Positions 32,318-40,457 of a stretch of 41,267 nt of DNA are shown one piece after another. The notes below the pieces were generated by a model that saw nothing but the letters and a program-made list of their open reading frames with translations, did not search any database and was not told the DNA's origin. Position 1 is the stretch's first letter. Each line of letters opens with the position of its first letter. This stretch comes from a virus (Duplodnaviria; Caudoviricetes), in the IMG/VR virus record IMGVR_UViG_3300033076_001172, positions 1 through 41,267 of that record. One strand, written 5' to 3'. Position numbers and translations under genes: made by a program.

Positions 32318-33697
32318 TCAGGGGTTGAAGAATCGGACGCGCATACGCGGAGCGAGATCCTGATCCGCCACCACGTAGCGCAGCGAGTCCACCCCATGGT
32401 CATCCAACTTCAGCGGGCGATCCTTGTCGATCTTCCCGTCCGCCGCCGGCTCCCACACGTAACCCTCGATCTCGTCCGCCGTGCGCACCGGGCGGCCACG
32501 CTCCCGCAGCGACTCGTCCAGTGACACCAGCGCGTCACGGCAGATGAACAGGCGAGGCAACCCGTCAGGCTGCACCCGCAGGCGCGCCTGAACCGCCTGG
32601 ATCCCCTCGCTCACATTCTTGTTGGCCGCGCGCGTGCCGATGCCCATGTGGCGTTCGAACGTCGCCCGATCCTCCGCGTCGTGATCGACGACGACGGCCA
32701 GAGGCCGCGGGTATTTCCAGCGCCCGTCCGGGGTGCACACCACGGCCTTGATCGCGGCGACGTGATCCTCCACCAGTGTCTGCGTCCGGTAGATCTCGCG
32801 CTCCAGATATAGCCGACCGTCCGGATCGACCGCCCACTGTTGCCACACGAACGGGTTCGTGTACCCGAAATCGATACCCCAGAGGCGCGGCCAATCAGCG
32901 GGCAACCGCTTCCGGTCGATCAGGTGGATATCCGGGCGCCAATCCTCGTAGATCATCCCCTCCGCCGCCGCCCACCGGCCCCATCGCAAGCGCTCCTTCC
33001 GCACCCCCGTCAGATTGTCGAGGCGCGCGATATAGGACGCTCCGTACGGCGTGACCTGCCCCCCCTCACCGAACAGCCGCGGGTTGTCCTCGTGACGCGA
33101 GAACAGCATCTGCGTGCGCCCGTCATCGCACCGCTTCTTCAGCCAGTGCGATGGCTGCTGCGGGTTGCAGTCGGCCAGCAGCTGCTGGAACGACACGCGC
33201 CCGTTACGCACACGCGTCGCGCACTTCTCCCAATCGTCGAGCGTGAGGTCGGTCGCCTCCTGGATGAAGATCACATCGTACTCAGCACTCATGATCTTGT
33301 CGGGATTGTCCATCCCCCCGACGACGATCACGCTCCCGTTCGCATAGATGTACTGGGCCGGCTTCTCGCCCGATCCGCCGTACCAGCGCAGCAACCCTTG
33401 CGCGATCGCGTCCGCGGCAACCTGCTCCCGGAACGTCACCAGCCCCGTGCTCGTCAGCGACTTGTGCGTCTTGCGCACCATGAGCGCACGCATCCCGCGC
33501 GTCTCGTGCTCGTGCTCGCGCTCGCAGTCCTCCGGGCACGCCCCGTTCGCCAGGCACATCAGGTGAATCTTGTAGAGCGCCCCGAACGACTTCCCCGTAC
33601 CTGCCGCCCCGACGGTCAGCACTTCCGGCGCGCGCGAGTGCATCACCTCGCGCGCCGCCCCGCGCAGCTCCAGCCGCTTCGTGACGACGTCCGTCAC
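32318..33697 (-). CDS. terL: Terminase large subunit
   Basis: GAAGTGKS Walker A, IFIQEA Walker B, DCNP, GIDFGYTNP and DDHGVDSLRY nuclease motifs. Confidence 0.95.
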   Translation of the reverse strand: MTDVVTKRLELRGAAREVMHSRAPEVLTVGAAGTGKSFGALYKIHLMCLANGACPEDCEREHEHETRGMRALMVRKTHKSLTSTGLVTFREQVAADAIAQGLLRWYGGSGEKPAQYIYANGSVIVVGGMDNPDKIMSAEYDVIFIQEATDLTLDDWEKCATRVRNGRVSFQQLLADCNPQQPSHWLKKRCDDGRTQMLFSRHEDNPRLFGEGGQVTPYGASYIARLDNLTGVRKERLRWGRWAAAEGMIYEDWRPDIHLIDRKRLPADWPRLWGIDFGYTNPFVWQQWAVDPDGRLYLEREIYRTQTLVEDHVAAIKAVVCTPDGRWKYPRPLAVVVDHDAEDRATFERHMGIGTRAANKNVSEGIQAVQARLRVQPDGLPRLFICRDALVSLDESLRERGRPVRTADEIEGYVWEPAADGKIDKDRPLKLDDHGVDSLRYVVADQDLAPRMRVRFFNP

Positions 33698-33879
33698 GAT
33701 CCGCCCCCGGCCAGTGAGCGCGCGCGCTTGTCGGCACGCCACCTCGCTTGACTCGCTTCCCGGCGCGCGCGCCGCTGCTCCGGGGTGACGCTACGGCGCG
33801 TCACTCGCCAGTGATCGCACCCTGAATCAGCCGGCACGAGCGCGCCGCACGCTCCGCACGGCCGGAACGCGAGCGTCAC
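33694..33879 (-). CDS. Small Cys/His basic protein between the terminase subunits
   Basis: RPCGACGALV...CDHW motif, with GTGA overlaps on both sides. Confidence 0.65.
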   Translation of the reverse strand: MTLAFRPCGACGALVPADSGCDHWRVTRRSVTPEQRRARREASQARWRADKRARSLAGGGS

Positions 33880-34343
33880 GTCAGCGCCTCCGGATCCACA
33901 CCGACGATCTCGTACCGGACGCTGCCGCTCGTCTTCACCTCGCTCGGCGCGTCGAGGCCGAGCATCTTGTTCTTACTCAGGATCAGGCGGTGCGCCTCCT
34001 GCAACGCCTTGATGCGCAGCGAGTAGTCACGCACGATTCCCCCGGTGTCCGGATCGATCAGCACGTCCCCGTGCTGGCCCGCCGTCACCGGCGCCCCGGC
34101 CTTACTCACGAGCTTGAAAACCTCATCGCGCAGAAATTCGAGCTGTTCGTGATTGATCTTCACCAGCTCCTCGCGCGATCGGTCCGGCAGCGATCGCCGC
34201 ACCTCGGTGCAGATGCGCGAGATACTCGAAACGTCGAGCCCGTACTCCTCGGCCAGCGCTGCAAGTGATGCACCTCGCATGCGCTTTTCGTAAATGTCGA
34301 GGTTGCGCAAGGAGTGCGGCGAGACCCGATCCTCACTCGCCAT
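33876..34343 (-). CDS. terS: Terminase small subunit (N-terminal HTH)
   Basis: GASLAALAEEYGLDVSSISR HTH and KMLGLDAP motif, upstream of terL. Confidence 0.8.
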   Translation of the reverse strand: MASEDRVSPHSLRNLDIYEKRMRGASLAALAEEYGLDVSSISRICTEVRRSLPDRSREELVKINHEQLEFLRDEVFKLVSKAGAPVTAGQHGDVLIDPDTGGIVRDYSLRIKALQEAHRLILSKNKMLGLDAPSEVKTSGSVRYEIVGVDPEALT

Positions 34344-34533
34344 TCCGAACCCCCGTCACCGCATCGCAGAAACGCGCCCCGTTCTCCCCGTACAGTGCGC
34401 CGTGTTTGCTGCTCAGCGCCCATGCCGTCTCGCGCCGTGCGTAGGTTGCCGTGCCGATCTGAAGCAGCGGATTGAGGTATTTCACCTCACGCACCTCTCC
34501 GCATTCCGGCCCGCCGACCAATTCGATTTTCAC
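34333..34533 (-). CDS. Hypothetical protein
   Basis: ELVGGPECGE motif and GTGA overlap. Confidence 0.65.
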   Translation of the reverse strand: MKIELVGGPECGEVREVKYLNPLLQIGTATYARRETAWALSSKHGALYGENGARFCDAVTGVRNGE

Positions 34534-35261
34534 CGTGCCCCCTCTTTCTTTCCGGTTACCACTCTGCGCCACGGCTCACCGTCGGTGCGCCATTCGTTGC
34601 CGCATACCGCACAGTGTGCGACGTCACCATCGATCGACACCTCCGAGTGTTTCCCGACGTTGCACGCGGCGCGAGCTTTCGCCCTGGCTGTCTGCCCCGA
34701 TACTCGCTCGCGGATCGCGCTGAACCACCGATCGTCCATCTTCCCGCCGGCCTCGACGTACTCCCCGAGATCGGTGATCGACGCGTACGGAAACCACGGG
34801 CGAGCCGTGCTCCACAGCATCACCGACACCCATCCCGATCCGTCGTGAACGGCGTACGCCGCAGCATCATCCTTCCGAAGCACGATCGCATACCGCCATT
34901 TAAGGGCCCCAGGGGCGCCGTGGGACGCATGGGGAGCGTTCCCCCTACTCCTCTGTACCCTCACGCTCCACGACGCGGCACGGGCGCTCTCAGCCTGTTT
35001 TGCGACAGCCGACGGCATGCCCGCCCCGTCCCACGGATCCCGCGACGTCACGCGGGGCGCCGGATAACCGGCCTCAGTGGCTCGCTGCGTGACGATCGGC
35101 GTGCACCCGTCCTCTCGGTGCACGATCGCGTCCCCGAGCCTCACGCGGCCACACAGGCACCTCCGCGGCCCCTCCCCGGCACCGGCCAGCACGGGCACTG
35201 CGGACTCGGCCTCCTCGATCTCGGCCAGGCCGTACGCCGGGATCCCCTCCGGCTCACTCAC
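34530..35261 (-). CDS. Hypothetical protein with Cys/His clusters
   Basis: Coupled overlaps, with CLCG...H...C and HCAVCG motifs. Confidence 0.7.
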   Translation of the reverse strand: MSEPEGIPAYGLAEIEEAESAVPVLAGAGEGPRRCLCGRVRLGDAIVHREDGCTPIVTQRATEAGYPAPRVTSRDPWDGAGMPSAVAKQAESARAASWSVRVQRSRGNAPHASHGAPGALKWRYAIVLRKDDAAAYAVHDGSGWVSVMLWSTARPWFPYASITDLGEYVEAGGKMDDRWFSAIRERVSGQTARAKARAACNVGKHSEVSIDGDVAHCAVCGNEWRTDGEPWRRVVTGKKEGAR

Positions 35262-35743
35262 GCCCGCTCCATCGCGAGGATCGCCTCGAGGTCCGCGGGT
35301 ACGGCCGGACGCGCCTTGATCAGCACTCCGGGGATCTCGCCCGGACGCACGAAACGCTTGTAGGACGGCCCACCGATCACCAGGCAGTCATCGCGGATCA
35401 GGCCGGACTGCGTGAGCGCGTCCCCCACGTTGCGCGTCAGCTTGTCCCAGTCACCCTGTGACGCCGGCCCCGGAGGCTGGATCGGCCAGAGGTCCCCGCG
35501 CCGCACCTCGGAGGCGAGGCGCTCGAAGCGGAAGTAGGTCTCGACGATCACCGCCCCGTCCCACCGGGTCATCGGGTACGCCACGCGCAGCGCCCGGATC
35601 ATGTGCTCTTTCCAGGGCTTGGAGTACTCCCCGTCCTCGGTGAGCGACACTCGGCACCTCCCCGGCCCGACCTTGATGTGCACCGGCCGCAGCGAGCCTT
35701 TCGTGCGTGGCCTGCCGTGAACGTCGATCCGCACCTGCTCCAT
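35258..35743 (-). CDS. rusA: RusA-like Holliday junction resolvase
   Basis: GRPRTKGS and GDWDKLTRNVGDALT...IRDD motifs. Confidence 0.88.
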   Translation of the reverse strand: MEQVRIDVHGRPRTKGSLRPVHIKVGPGRCRVSLTEDGEYSKPWKEHMIRALRVAYPMTRWDGAVIVETYFRFERLASEVRRGDLWPIQPPGPASQGDWDKLTRNVGDALTQSGLIRDDCLVIGGPSYKRFVRPGEIPGVLIKARPAVPADLEAILAMERA

Positions 35744-35793
35744 GGTTTCGCCCCTCGTCATGCAATTCGTCTACGCCAGATTCTAGCACGAAA

Positions 35794-35825
35794 CAGGGGG
35801 CGCACCCCGAAGGATGCGCCCCCTG
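35794..35825 (-). terminator. Terminator hairpin with a C(UUCG)G loop
   Basis: CAGGGGGCGCATCC-TTCG-GGGTGCGCCCCCTG-TTT, followed by a TAGAAT -10 at 35780-35785. Confidence 0.8.
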
Positions 35826-35837
35826 AACCGCCCGGCG

Positions 35838-36068
35838 TCAGAACGCCGCGGCCTCGTACTCGTGGATCAGCTTCCCGGCCAGCAGGGCGCCGATCCTCGT
35901 CAACCCGTCACGCTCACCGACGACGCCCACCTTGCGGAACTCGGTCATCACGGCGGGCGTGACGACGTGACCGGTCGGGACGTAGCCCTGGCTGTCACTC
36001 CCGGCCAGGGAGAGCGCCTTGATCGCCGTCTCGCTGAGCGCCGCCCGCATCGCCTCGATCTTGTTCAT
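35838..36068 (-). CDS. Cassette hypothetical protein
   Basis: ATG after GAGAGGGGCGAAC. The GLTRIG motif is wHTH-like. Confidence 0.72.
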   Translation of the reverse strand: MNKIEAMRAALSETAIKALSLAGSDSQGYVPTGHVVTPAVMTEFRKVGVVGERDGLTRIGALLAGKLIHEYEAAAF

Positions 36069-36109
36069 CCCGTTCGCCCCTCTCGCCCTGCCGCCTTCTT
36101 CTACGTCAG

Positions 36110-36138
36110 ATTCTACGCTACTGGATTCTTCAACGCAA
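36110..36138 (-). promoter_or_regulatory. Cassette-family promoter
   Basis: TTGCGT-N17-TAGAAT. Confidence 0.75.
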
Positions 36139-36143
36139 CCCAC

Positions 36144-36492
36144 ATCGGCCACGTTCAGGCACATCGGCCACGCCTCCCGGTGTCTAAAGACACACCGGGG
36201 GGTGGCCGATCTCATTTGCCCCTGGTCAAGTGACTAGGTGGCCGATCGTGGCCGATCGTGGCCGATGTACCCTTGACCTGCGAAAACACTAGGTGGCCGA
36301 TCGTGGCCGATCGTGGCCGATGGAGATCAACTATCGGCCATTTTTGGGGTGGCCGATCCCAAGATCATTTCTCCGAAAGTGGCCGATGTACCCCTGACCT
36401 GCGAAAACGCAAAACGGGTGCGTGGCCGATGTACCCCTGACCTGCGAAAACGCAAAGTGGCCGATCGTGGCCGATCCCCCTCGATCGGCCAC
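36144..36492. repeat. Iteron array, putative replication origin
   Basis: 12 direct GTGGCCGAT copies, 4 inverted ATCGGCCA copies and 3 TGACCTGCGAAAAC copies. Non-coding, directly downstream of the primase-polymerase. Confidence 0.8.
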
Positions 36493-36504
36493 GATCGAGC
36501 ACCC

Positions 36505-38685
36505 CTATTCAGCCCCGGCAGCCACGCCGACGCCCGGAATCGAGGTGCGATCCACAGTCCACCGCGCCCCACTGGCCGCCACTACGACGTGCGCCCACGG
36601 GCCACCGTCCTCGGTGACTTTCTGCCACGCCTTGCGCCACGTGGAATTTTCAGCCTTGCCGCGTTTCTCCTCCACCAACCCGCGTACTTCGGACTGAGTG
36701 AGACCCAGCGTCTCCGCCGTGTCCACCAGCGCCTGAACGATCCAGTGCTGCATGTGCGCCCGCGAGTCCACCTCGGCCACGATCCAGCCGTCCACGGATG
36801 CGCGCGCCTTGAACGGGGTCACCCTGGCCACGTCGGCCTCCGCCACGTCCTCGTGCGTCGTCTCGGCGCCGGCGTACGCGGCCAGGAACGCCGCGCTACC
36901 GGGTTCGGCCAGCACGAGCGACGACACCCGCTCCCCGTCCTCGTCGACTCCGACGTCCACCGCCTCGAACGCCAAATCGATCGGCTCGATCTCCTCGATG
37001 TCCTTCTGCTTCTCCACCGACAGCCGCGCGGCGAGCTTCCCCTTGCCGGGAATGATCTTCAACTCAGTGGTCTGCGCGCCGTCCACCGCCGACGAGCCGC
37101 GCGCATCCCCACCGGCGCGCCCGGTGTGATGGACGACGTACACGCACGCTCCGGTGGCTTGCCTGATCGCCGAGACGGCATCGATGAACACACCCATGTC
37201 GGTGGCGTCGTTCTCCTTCAGTCCGACGGTGACGCGCGCTTGAGTGTCGACGATGACGAGCATCCCCCGGTCGCGTTCCCTGGCCGACGCGGCGAGGCGG
37301 CGGCAGGCCTCGACGAGCACCGCCCATTTCTCCGGGCTCCCCGCCTGAACCGGCCGGGGAAGGATGTGGATCCCGTCGGGCATCCGCCCGTGCCTGATGC
37401 TCCACGCCTTGATCCGCTTTCCGACGCCTCCGGCGCCTTCGGCGACGATCATCACGACGTCGGCAGGGTTGACGCGGCGCCCTTGCCACGGTTGCCCGGC
37501 GGCGACGCGCGCGGCCTGATCGAGCACGACGAAGCTCTTCTTGCTGCCGGGCGGTCCGATGATCCAGCTTTCGCTATCGAATTGCAGCAACCCGTGGATC
37601 AGGTAGCGCGGCGGTTTGCGCTCGGTCACCTGCTCCGGCGTCAGCATCTCGGCCAGCAGGGCATCAACGGCATCGGCCGGCGTGGCTTCGATCGCCGCGG
37701 TGAGCTGTTCGGCGGGGGGTGGGATCTCGTGCCAGGGTTCGCGCATCCCGAATTCCAGCCCGCGCCGCGCCTGATCGGCGACGTAGCGCTCCCCGTGCAC
37801 GTCCACCATGCCGTTGTCCCTGGCCGCTTGGAGTAGCTGCTCCAGCGCCCAGTCATAGGTCCAGAACACTCCGACCCCGTGCCCGGCCAGCACCCCGAAT
37901 TCCTGGGAGAGGATGTGCGAGCGTGCGTTGCCCTCCCCGGTGAGCGCGACGAAACGGCGATGCTGCTCACTGAGCAGGGCGAGTGCCGCAGCGCGGGTCT
38001 TGTATCCGCCATCCGGCCCGAAATCGCGATCGTCGAGCTCGGACGGCGAGGCGAACAGGATGGATGTCGATCCGTGCGCCGTGGGCTCGAGAGGCACCTC
38101 CCTCGAGGGGTTCGGTTTCGGGCGCTTGCCGGCCTGCTTGGCCTCCATGCGATCGAGCACGATCGTCGGCACCGGGGGGAGGTTCGTCCAGTCCGGCTCG
38201 CCGTCCACCCATTCCCACATCCCCCCGCGCGGATCGATCGAGGGCGGGGCGAACGCGAACCCGCCCTCCCCGCGCACGTCCACCCCGTCGGCGACCGCCC
38301 CGTCGTTGTCGACGGTGACGGGCCGGGAGGGGTCGGCCCGGTAGTAGTCATGGGCTCCGCCACTTCCGGAGCGCACGCGCCATGTGGGGGGCGGGGAGAG
38401 CTTTTCCCATTCGACGAGGCCCTGCTTCCCGTCGCTGATGTCCTGATCGATCATGACGAGGCCGGACTTCCCGCAGTCGATGCACAGGGCGTTGTCGCGC
38501 CGGGTGCCGTTCGGTCCCCACCAGGAGGCGATGATCGCGGGATCGGTGGTGCTGGCCTCTTTCCAGGAGGCGATCGGGTAGACCTCCTTCTTCCCGTCGC
38601 CGCGGATGCCGATGCGGGTGGGGAACACTGCCACGCCGGCGGCGGCGTATCGCAGTGCTGCGGCCAAGATGTCGTTATCGCTCAC
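36505..38685 (-). CDS. Bifunctional primase-polymerase fused to an AAA_25/RecA-like helicase
   Basis: VFP, LVMIDQD, SGSGGAHDYY and GVDVRGEGG motifs, then GPPGSKKS, VIVDT and VVHHTG...ARGSSA. Confidence 0.92.
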   Translation of the reverse strand: MSDNDILAAALRYAAAGVAVFPTRIGIRGDGKKEVYPIASWKEASTTDPAIIASWWGPNGTRRDNALCIDCGKSGLVMIDQDISDGKQGLVEWEKLSPPPTWRVRSGSGGAHDYYRADPSRPVTVDNDGAVADGVDVRGEGGFAFAPPSIDPRGGMWEWVDGEPDWTNLPPVPTIVLDRMEAKQAGKRPKPNPSREVPLEPTAHGSTSILFASPSELDDRDFGPDGGYKTRAAALALLSEQHRRFVALTGEGNARSHILSQEFGVLAGHGVGVFWTYDWALEQLLQAARDNGMVDVHGERYVADQARRGLEFGMREPWHEIPPPAEQLTAAIEATPADAVDALLAEMLTPEQVTERKPPRYLIHGLLQFDSESWIIGPPGSKKSFVVLDQAARVAAGQPWQGRRVNPADVVMIVAEGAGGVGKRIKAWSIRHGRMPDGIHILPRPVQAGSPEKWAVLVEACRRLAASARERDRGMLVIVDTQARVTVGLKENDATDMGVFIDAVSAIRQATGACVYVVHHTGRAGGDARGSSAVDGAQTTELKIIPGKGKLAARLSVEKQKDIEEIEPIDLAFEAVDVGVDEDGERVSSLVLAEPGSAAFLAAYAGAETTHEDVAEADVARVTPFKARASVDGWIVAEVDSRAHMQHWIVQALVDTAETLGLTQSEVRGLVEEKRGKAENSTWRKAWQKVTEDGGPWAHVVVAASGARWTVDRTSIPGVGVAAGAE

Positions 38686-38730
38686 GTTTTGCTACCCTCG
38701 TCCTAGGTGTAGTGCGGAAGCGTCGTCATG

Positions 38731-38761
38731 GAACCCCCGGTGACCGATCACCGGGGGTTTC
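38731..38761. terminator. Hairpin upstream of primase-polymerase
   Basis: AACCCCCGGTGA-CCGA-TCACCGGGGGTT. Confidence 0.65.
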
Positions 38762-38969
38762 GCACTTTCCATCCCGCGCGCGTGAGGATCTCGGTGATGG
38801 CTGCCACCTCTTCCGGCGGGAAGCACATCCATCCGCGCGACTCCAGCAGGTCAGCCTTGCGGTTCTCGCTGGCCCGCATCCGTCCGGCGGTGGCGGCGGC
38901 GGTACGCTCGCGGGCGAAGTACGCCGAGCGAGCCTCTTCCTGACGCTCTCGGTCAATCGCACTATGCAT
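38748..38969 (-). CDS. Hypothetical protein, first gene of the leftward arm
   Basis: Leaderless ATG 7 nt after TACGGT. Confidence 0.65.
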   Translation of the reverse strand: MHSAIDRERQEEARSAYFARERTAAATAGRMRASENRKADLLESRGWMCFPPEEVAAITEILTRAGWKVRNPR

Positions 38970-38976
38970 GCCGATC

Positions 38977-39017
38977 ACCGTATCACGGTCAACGGTCACC
39001 GACTTCCGTGATACGCT
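38977..39017. promoter_or_regulatory. Divergent back-to-back leaderless promoters
   Basis: Inverted CGTATCACGG-N17-CCGTGATACG. Each half runs into a TACGNT -10 located 6-7 nt before an ATG. Confidence 0.65.
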
Positions 39018-39023
39018 GCTGTC

Positions 39024-39266
39024 ATGACGACGAATGGCCAGCGCCCCCCTGTCGTGATCAAGATGCACGTAGAGGGCTTCGGGGACAGCCGCGACGAAAC
39101 GCTCGTGATTGATCGCTCCGAGTGGGATTCGATGACCCCTGATCGGCGAGTCAAGGTCGCGGAGGACTGCGCGAACGAATTCGCGGCCAACTACGTCTCG
39201 TGGGGGTGGCATATAGACGATCCGCTCGACTACGCCTCAACCGAAGAGACTCCGCACACCCCGTGA
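39024..39266 (+). CDS. Hypothetical acidic protein, first gene of the rightward arm
   Basis: Leaderless ATG 6 nt after TACGCT. Confidence 0.7.
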   Translation: MTTNGQRPPVVIKMHVEGFGDSRDETLVIDRSEWDSMTPDRRVKVAEDCANEFAANYVSWGWHIDDPLDYASTEETPHTP

Positions 39267-39278
39267 TACCGTCGTGAC

Positions 39279-39334
39279 CAAGCACCCCCGCTAGATCGAG
39301 GTTCGCCCCTCCCTCTCTCCGGGGGTGCTTTTCT
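39279..39334 (+). ncRNA. Putative trans-acting small RNA with a loop antisense to the GAGGGGCGAA start-associated element
   Basis: CCGTGA-TACCGT promoter-like element (39261-39272), 11-bp stem AAGCACCCCCG/CGGGGGTGCTT, 29-nt loop containing GGTTCGCCCCTCCCTC and a U-tract. Confidence 0.55.
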
Positions 39335-39347
39335 GTGCGCCAGATTC

Positions 39348-39376
39348 TTGCGCGTTGAGGTTTTGGTTGCTATGGT
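39348..39376 (+). promoter_or_regulatory. Cassette-family promoter, leaderless
   Basis: TTGCGC-N17-TATGGT-N6-ATG. Confidence 0.75.
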
Positions 39377-39382
39377 TTCTGC

Positions 39383-39682
39383 ATGACGACGACAGCGGTC
39401 ACCGAGGTTCCGAAGTTCATCGAGCGCGACGCCCACGAGGGACGGCACTGGCGCCGCGGCGTTCCGAAAGGCTTCCGCACCGACGTCTACACCGCCGGTG
39501 AGCTGGCCGCGATCAAGCCTGAAGGGGTCATCTGGGAGGTCCAGGCGATCGACGGGCGCCCGGCCCTCTTCCGCTCCCGCTACCGGGCCGACGGCGACGG
39601 CAACCTCCACCTCTACGCCGCTGACGGGCACCGGACGATCGTCCACCCGGCGGCGCGCAGGCTCCGCATCCTCACGAAGTGA
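39383..39682 (+). CDS. Hypothetical protein
   Basis: Leaderless start and GC3-rich codons. Confidence 0.75.
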   Translation: MTTTAVTEVPKFIERDAHEGRHWRRGVPKGFRTDVYTAGELAAIKPEGVIWEVQAIDGRPALFRSRYRADGDGNLHLYAADGHRTIVHPAARRLRILTK

Positions 39683-39705
39683 GGCAGCAACGCCGATTGT
39701 GGATC

Positions 39706-39737
39706 GCCTCCCGCGCTCAAGCGCGGGAGGCTTTTCT
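39706..39737 (+). terminator. Intrinsic terminator
   Basis: GCCTCCCGCGC-TCAA-GCGCGGGAGGC-TTTTCT. Confidence 0.85.
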
Positions 39738-39750
39738 GGGCGCTGGATTC

Positions 39751-39779
39751 TTGCGCGTTGAGGTTTTGAATGCTATGAT
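39751..39779 (+). promoter_or_regulatory. Cassette-family promoter
   Basis: TTGCGC-N17-TATGAT, with 23 bp identical to 39343-39365. Confidence 0.8.
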
Positions 39780-39810
39780 GGACAGCAACAGAAAGCGAGG
39801 GGCGAACGTC

Positions 39811-40119
39811 ATGAACAAGGCTCGGAAGCTCACCTTCCCGAACGTCGGCACGATCCAGGGTTCCCGCGTGTGGCGCAACTCGGAGACCGGCGTCGAGATC
39901 GTCAAGGGCAAGAACTTCGCCGAGGTCGGCCTCTACTACGTGTGCGTTCCGGAAGTCGGCCCCGCCGTCCGGCGCGTGGTTTCCGCATTCCGCACGCTCA
40001 GCGAGGCGCGCAAGGGTGCGACCGGACTCGCCGAGGCGATGCGCGACCTGATCGGCAGGGACTACCTTGACGCGATCGACATCGAGGCGCGCGCCTCGAT
40101 GAATCCGGCGTTCGCCTGA
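39811..40119 (+). CDS. Cassette hypothetical protein
   Basis: ATG after GAGGGGCGAAC. The ORF-track start at 39679 would run through a terminator and a promoter. Confidence 0.75.
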   Translation: MNKARKLTFPNVGTIQGSRVWRNSETGVEIVKGKNFAEVGLYYVCVPEVGPAVRRVVSAFRTLSEARKGATGLAEAMRDLIGRDYLDAIDIEARASMNPAFA

Positions 40120-40457
40120 TGCGACAGCAACGCCGACTGTGGATCGCCTCCCGCGCCCGGCCGGAATCGCTCCGGCTCGGGCGCGGGTGGCAGGTCCGCA
40201 TGATGCTCCGCCCGTGGCGCAGCAAGGTTCCCGTCCCGTGGTCTGCGCCGGTCATCGGCCGGCGCGCGGCCAGTGAGACCGAGGTCCTGATCGCGCGCGC
40301 CTCCACGCCGGGTTGGCCGGACGACGTCCTCGAGGGCTTCGTCCTGGAATTCGCCGACGGCCGGGAGTGGACGGCGCCGACGGGCTACACGCTGGTCACG
40401 CAGCGTCTGCGCACCCCGCAGCGTGAGCGTGAATCGAGAGAGAGGGTGTTCCATTGA
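40119..40457 (+). CDS. Hypothetical protein
   Basis: TGATG coupling upstream and TTGA overlap downstream. Confidence 0.65.
   Translation: MRQQRRLWIASRARPESLRLGRGWQVRMMLRPWRSKVPVPWSAPVIGRRAASETEVLIARASTPGWPDDVLEGFVLEFADGREWTAPTGYTLVTQRLRTPQRERESRERVFH

Noticed and set aside
36202-36475. CRISPR array
   Set aside because: The repeats are 9-10 bp, tandem or irregularly spaced, with no unique 30-40 bp spacers and no cas operon. An iteron origin fits better.
39679-39810. 146-aa ORF starting at 39679
   Set aside because: The 5' part runs through a terminator and a promoter. The real gene most likely starts at 39811.
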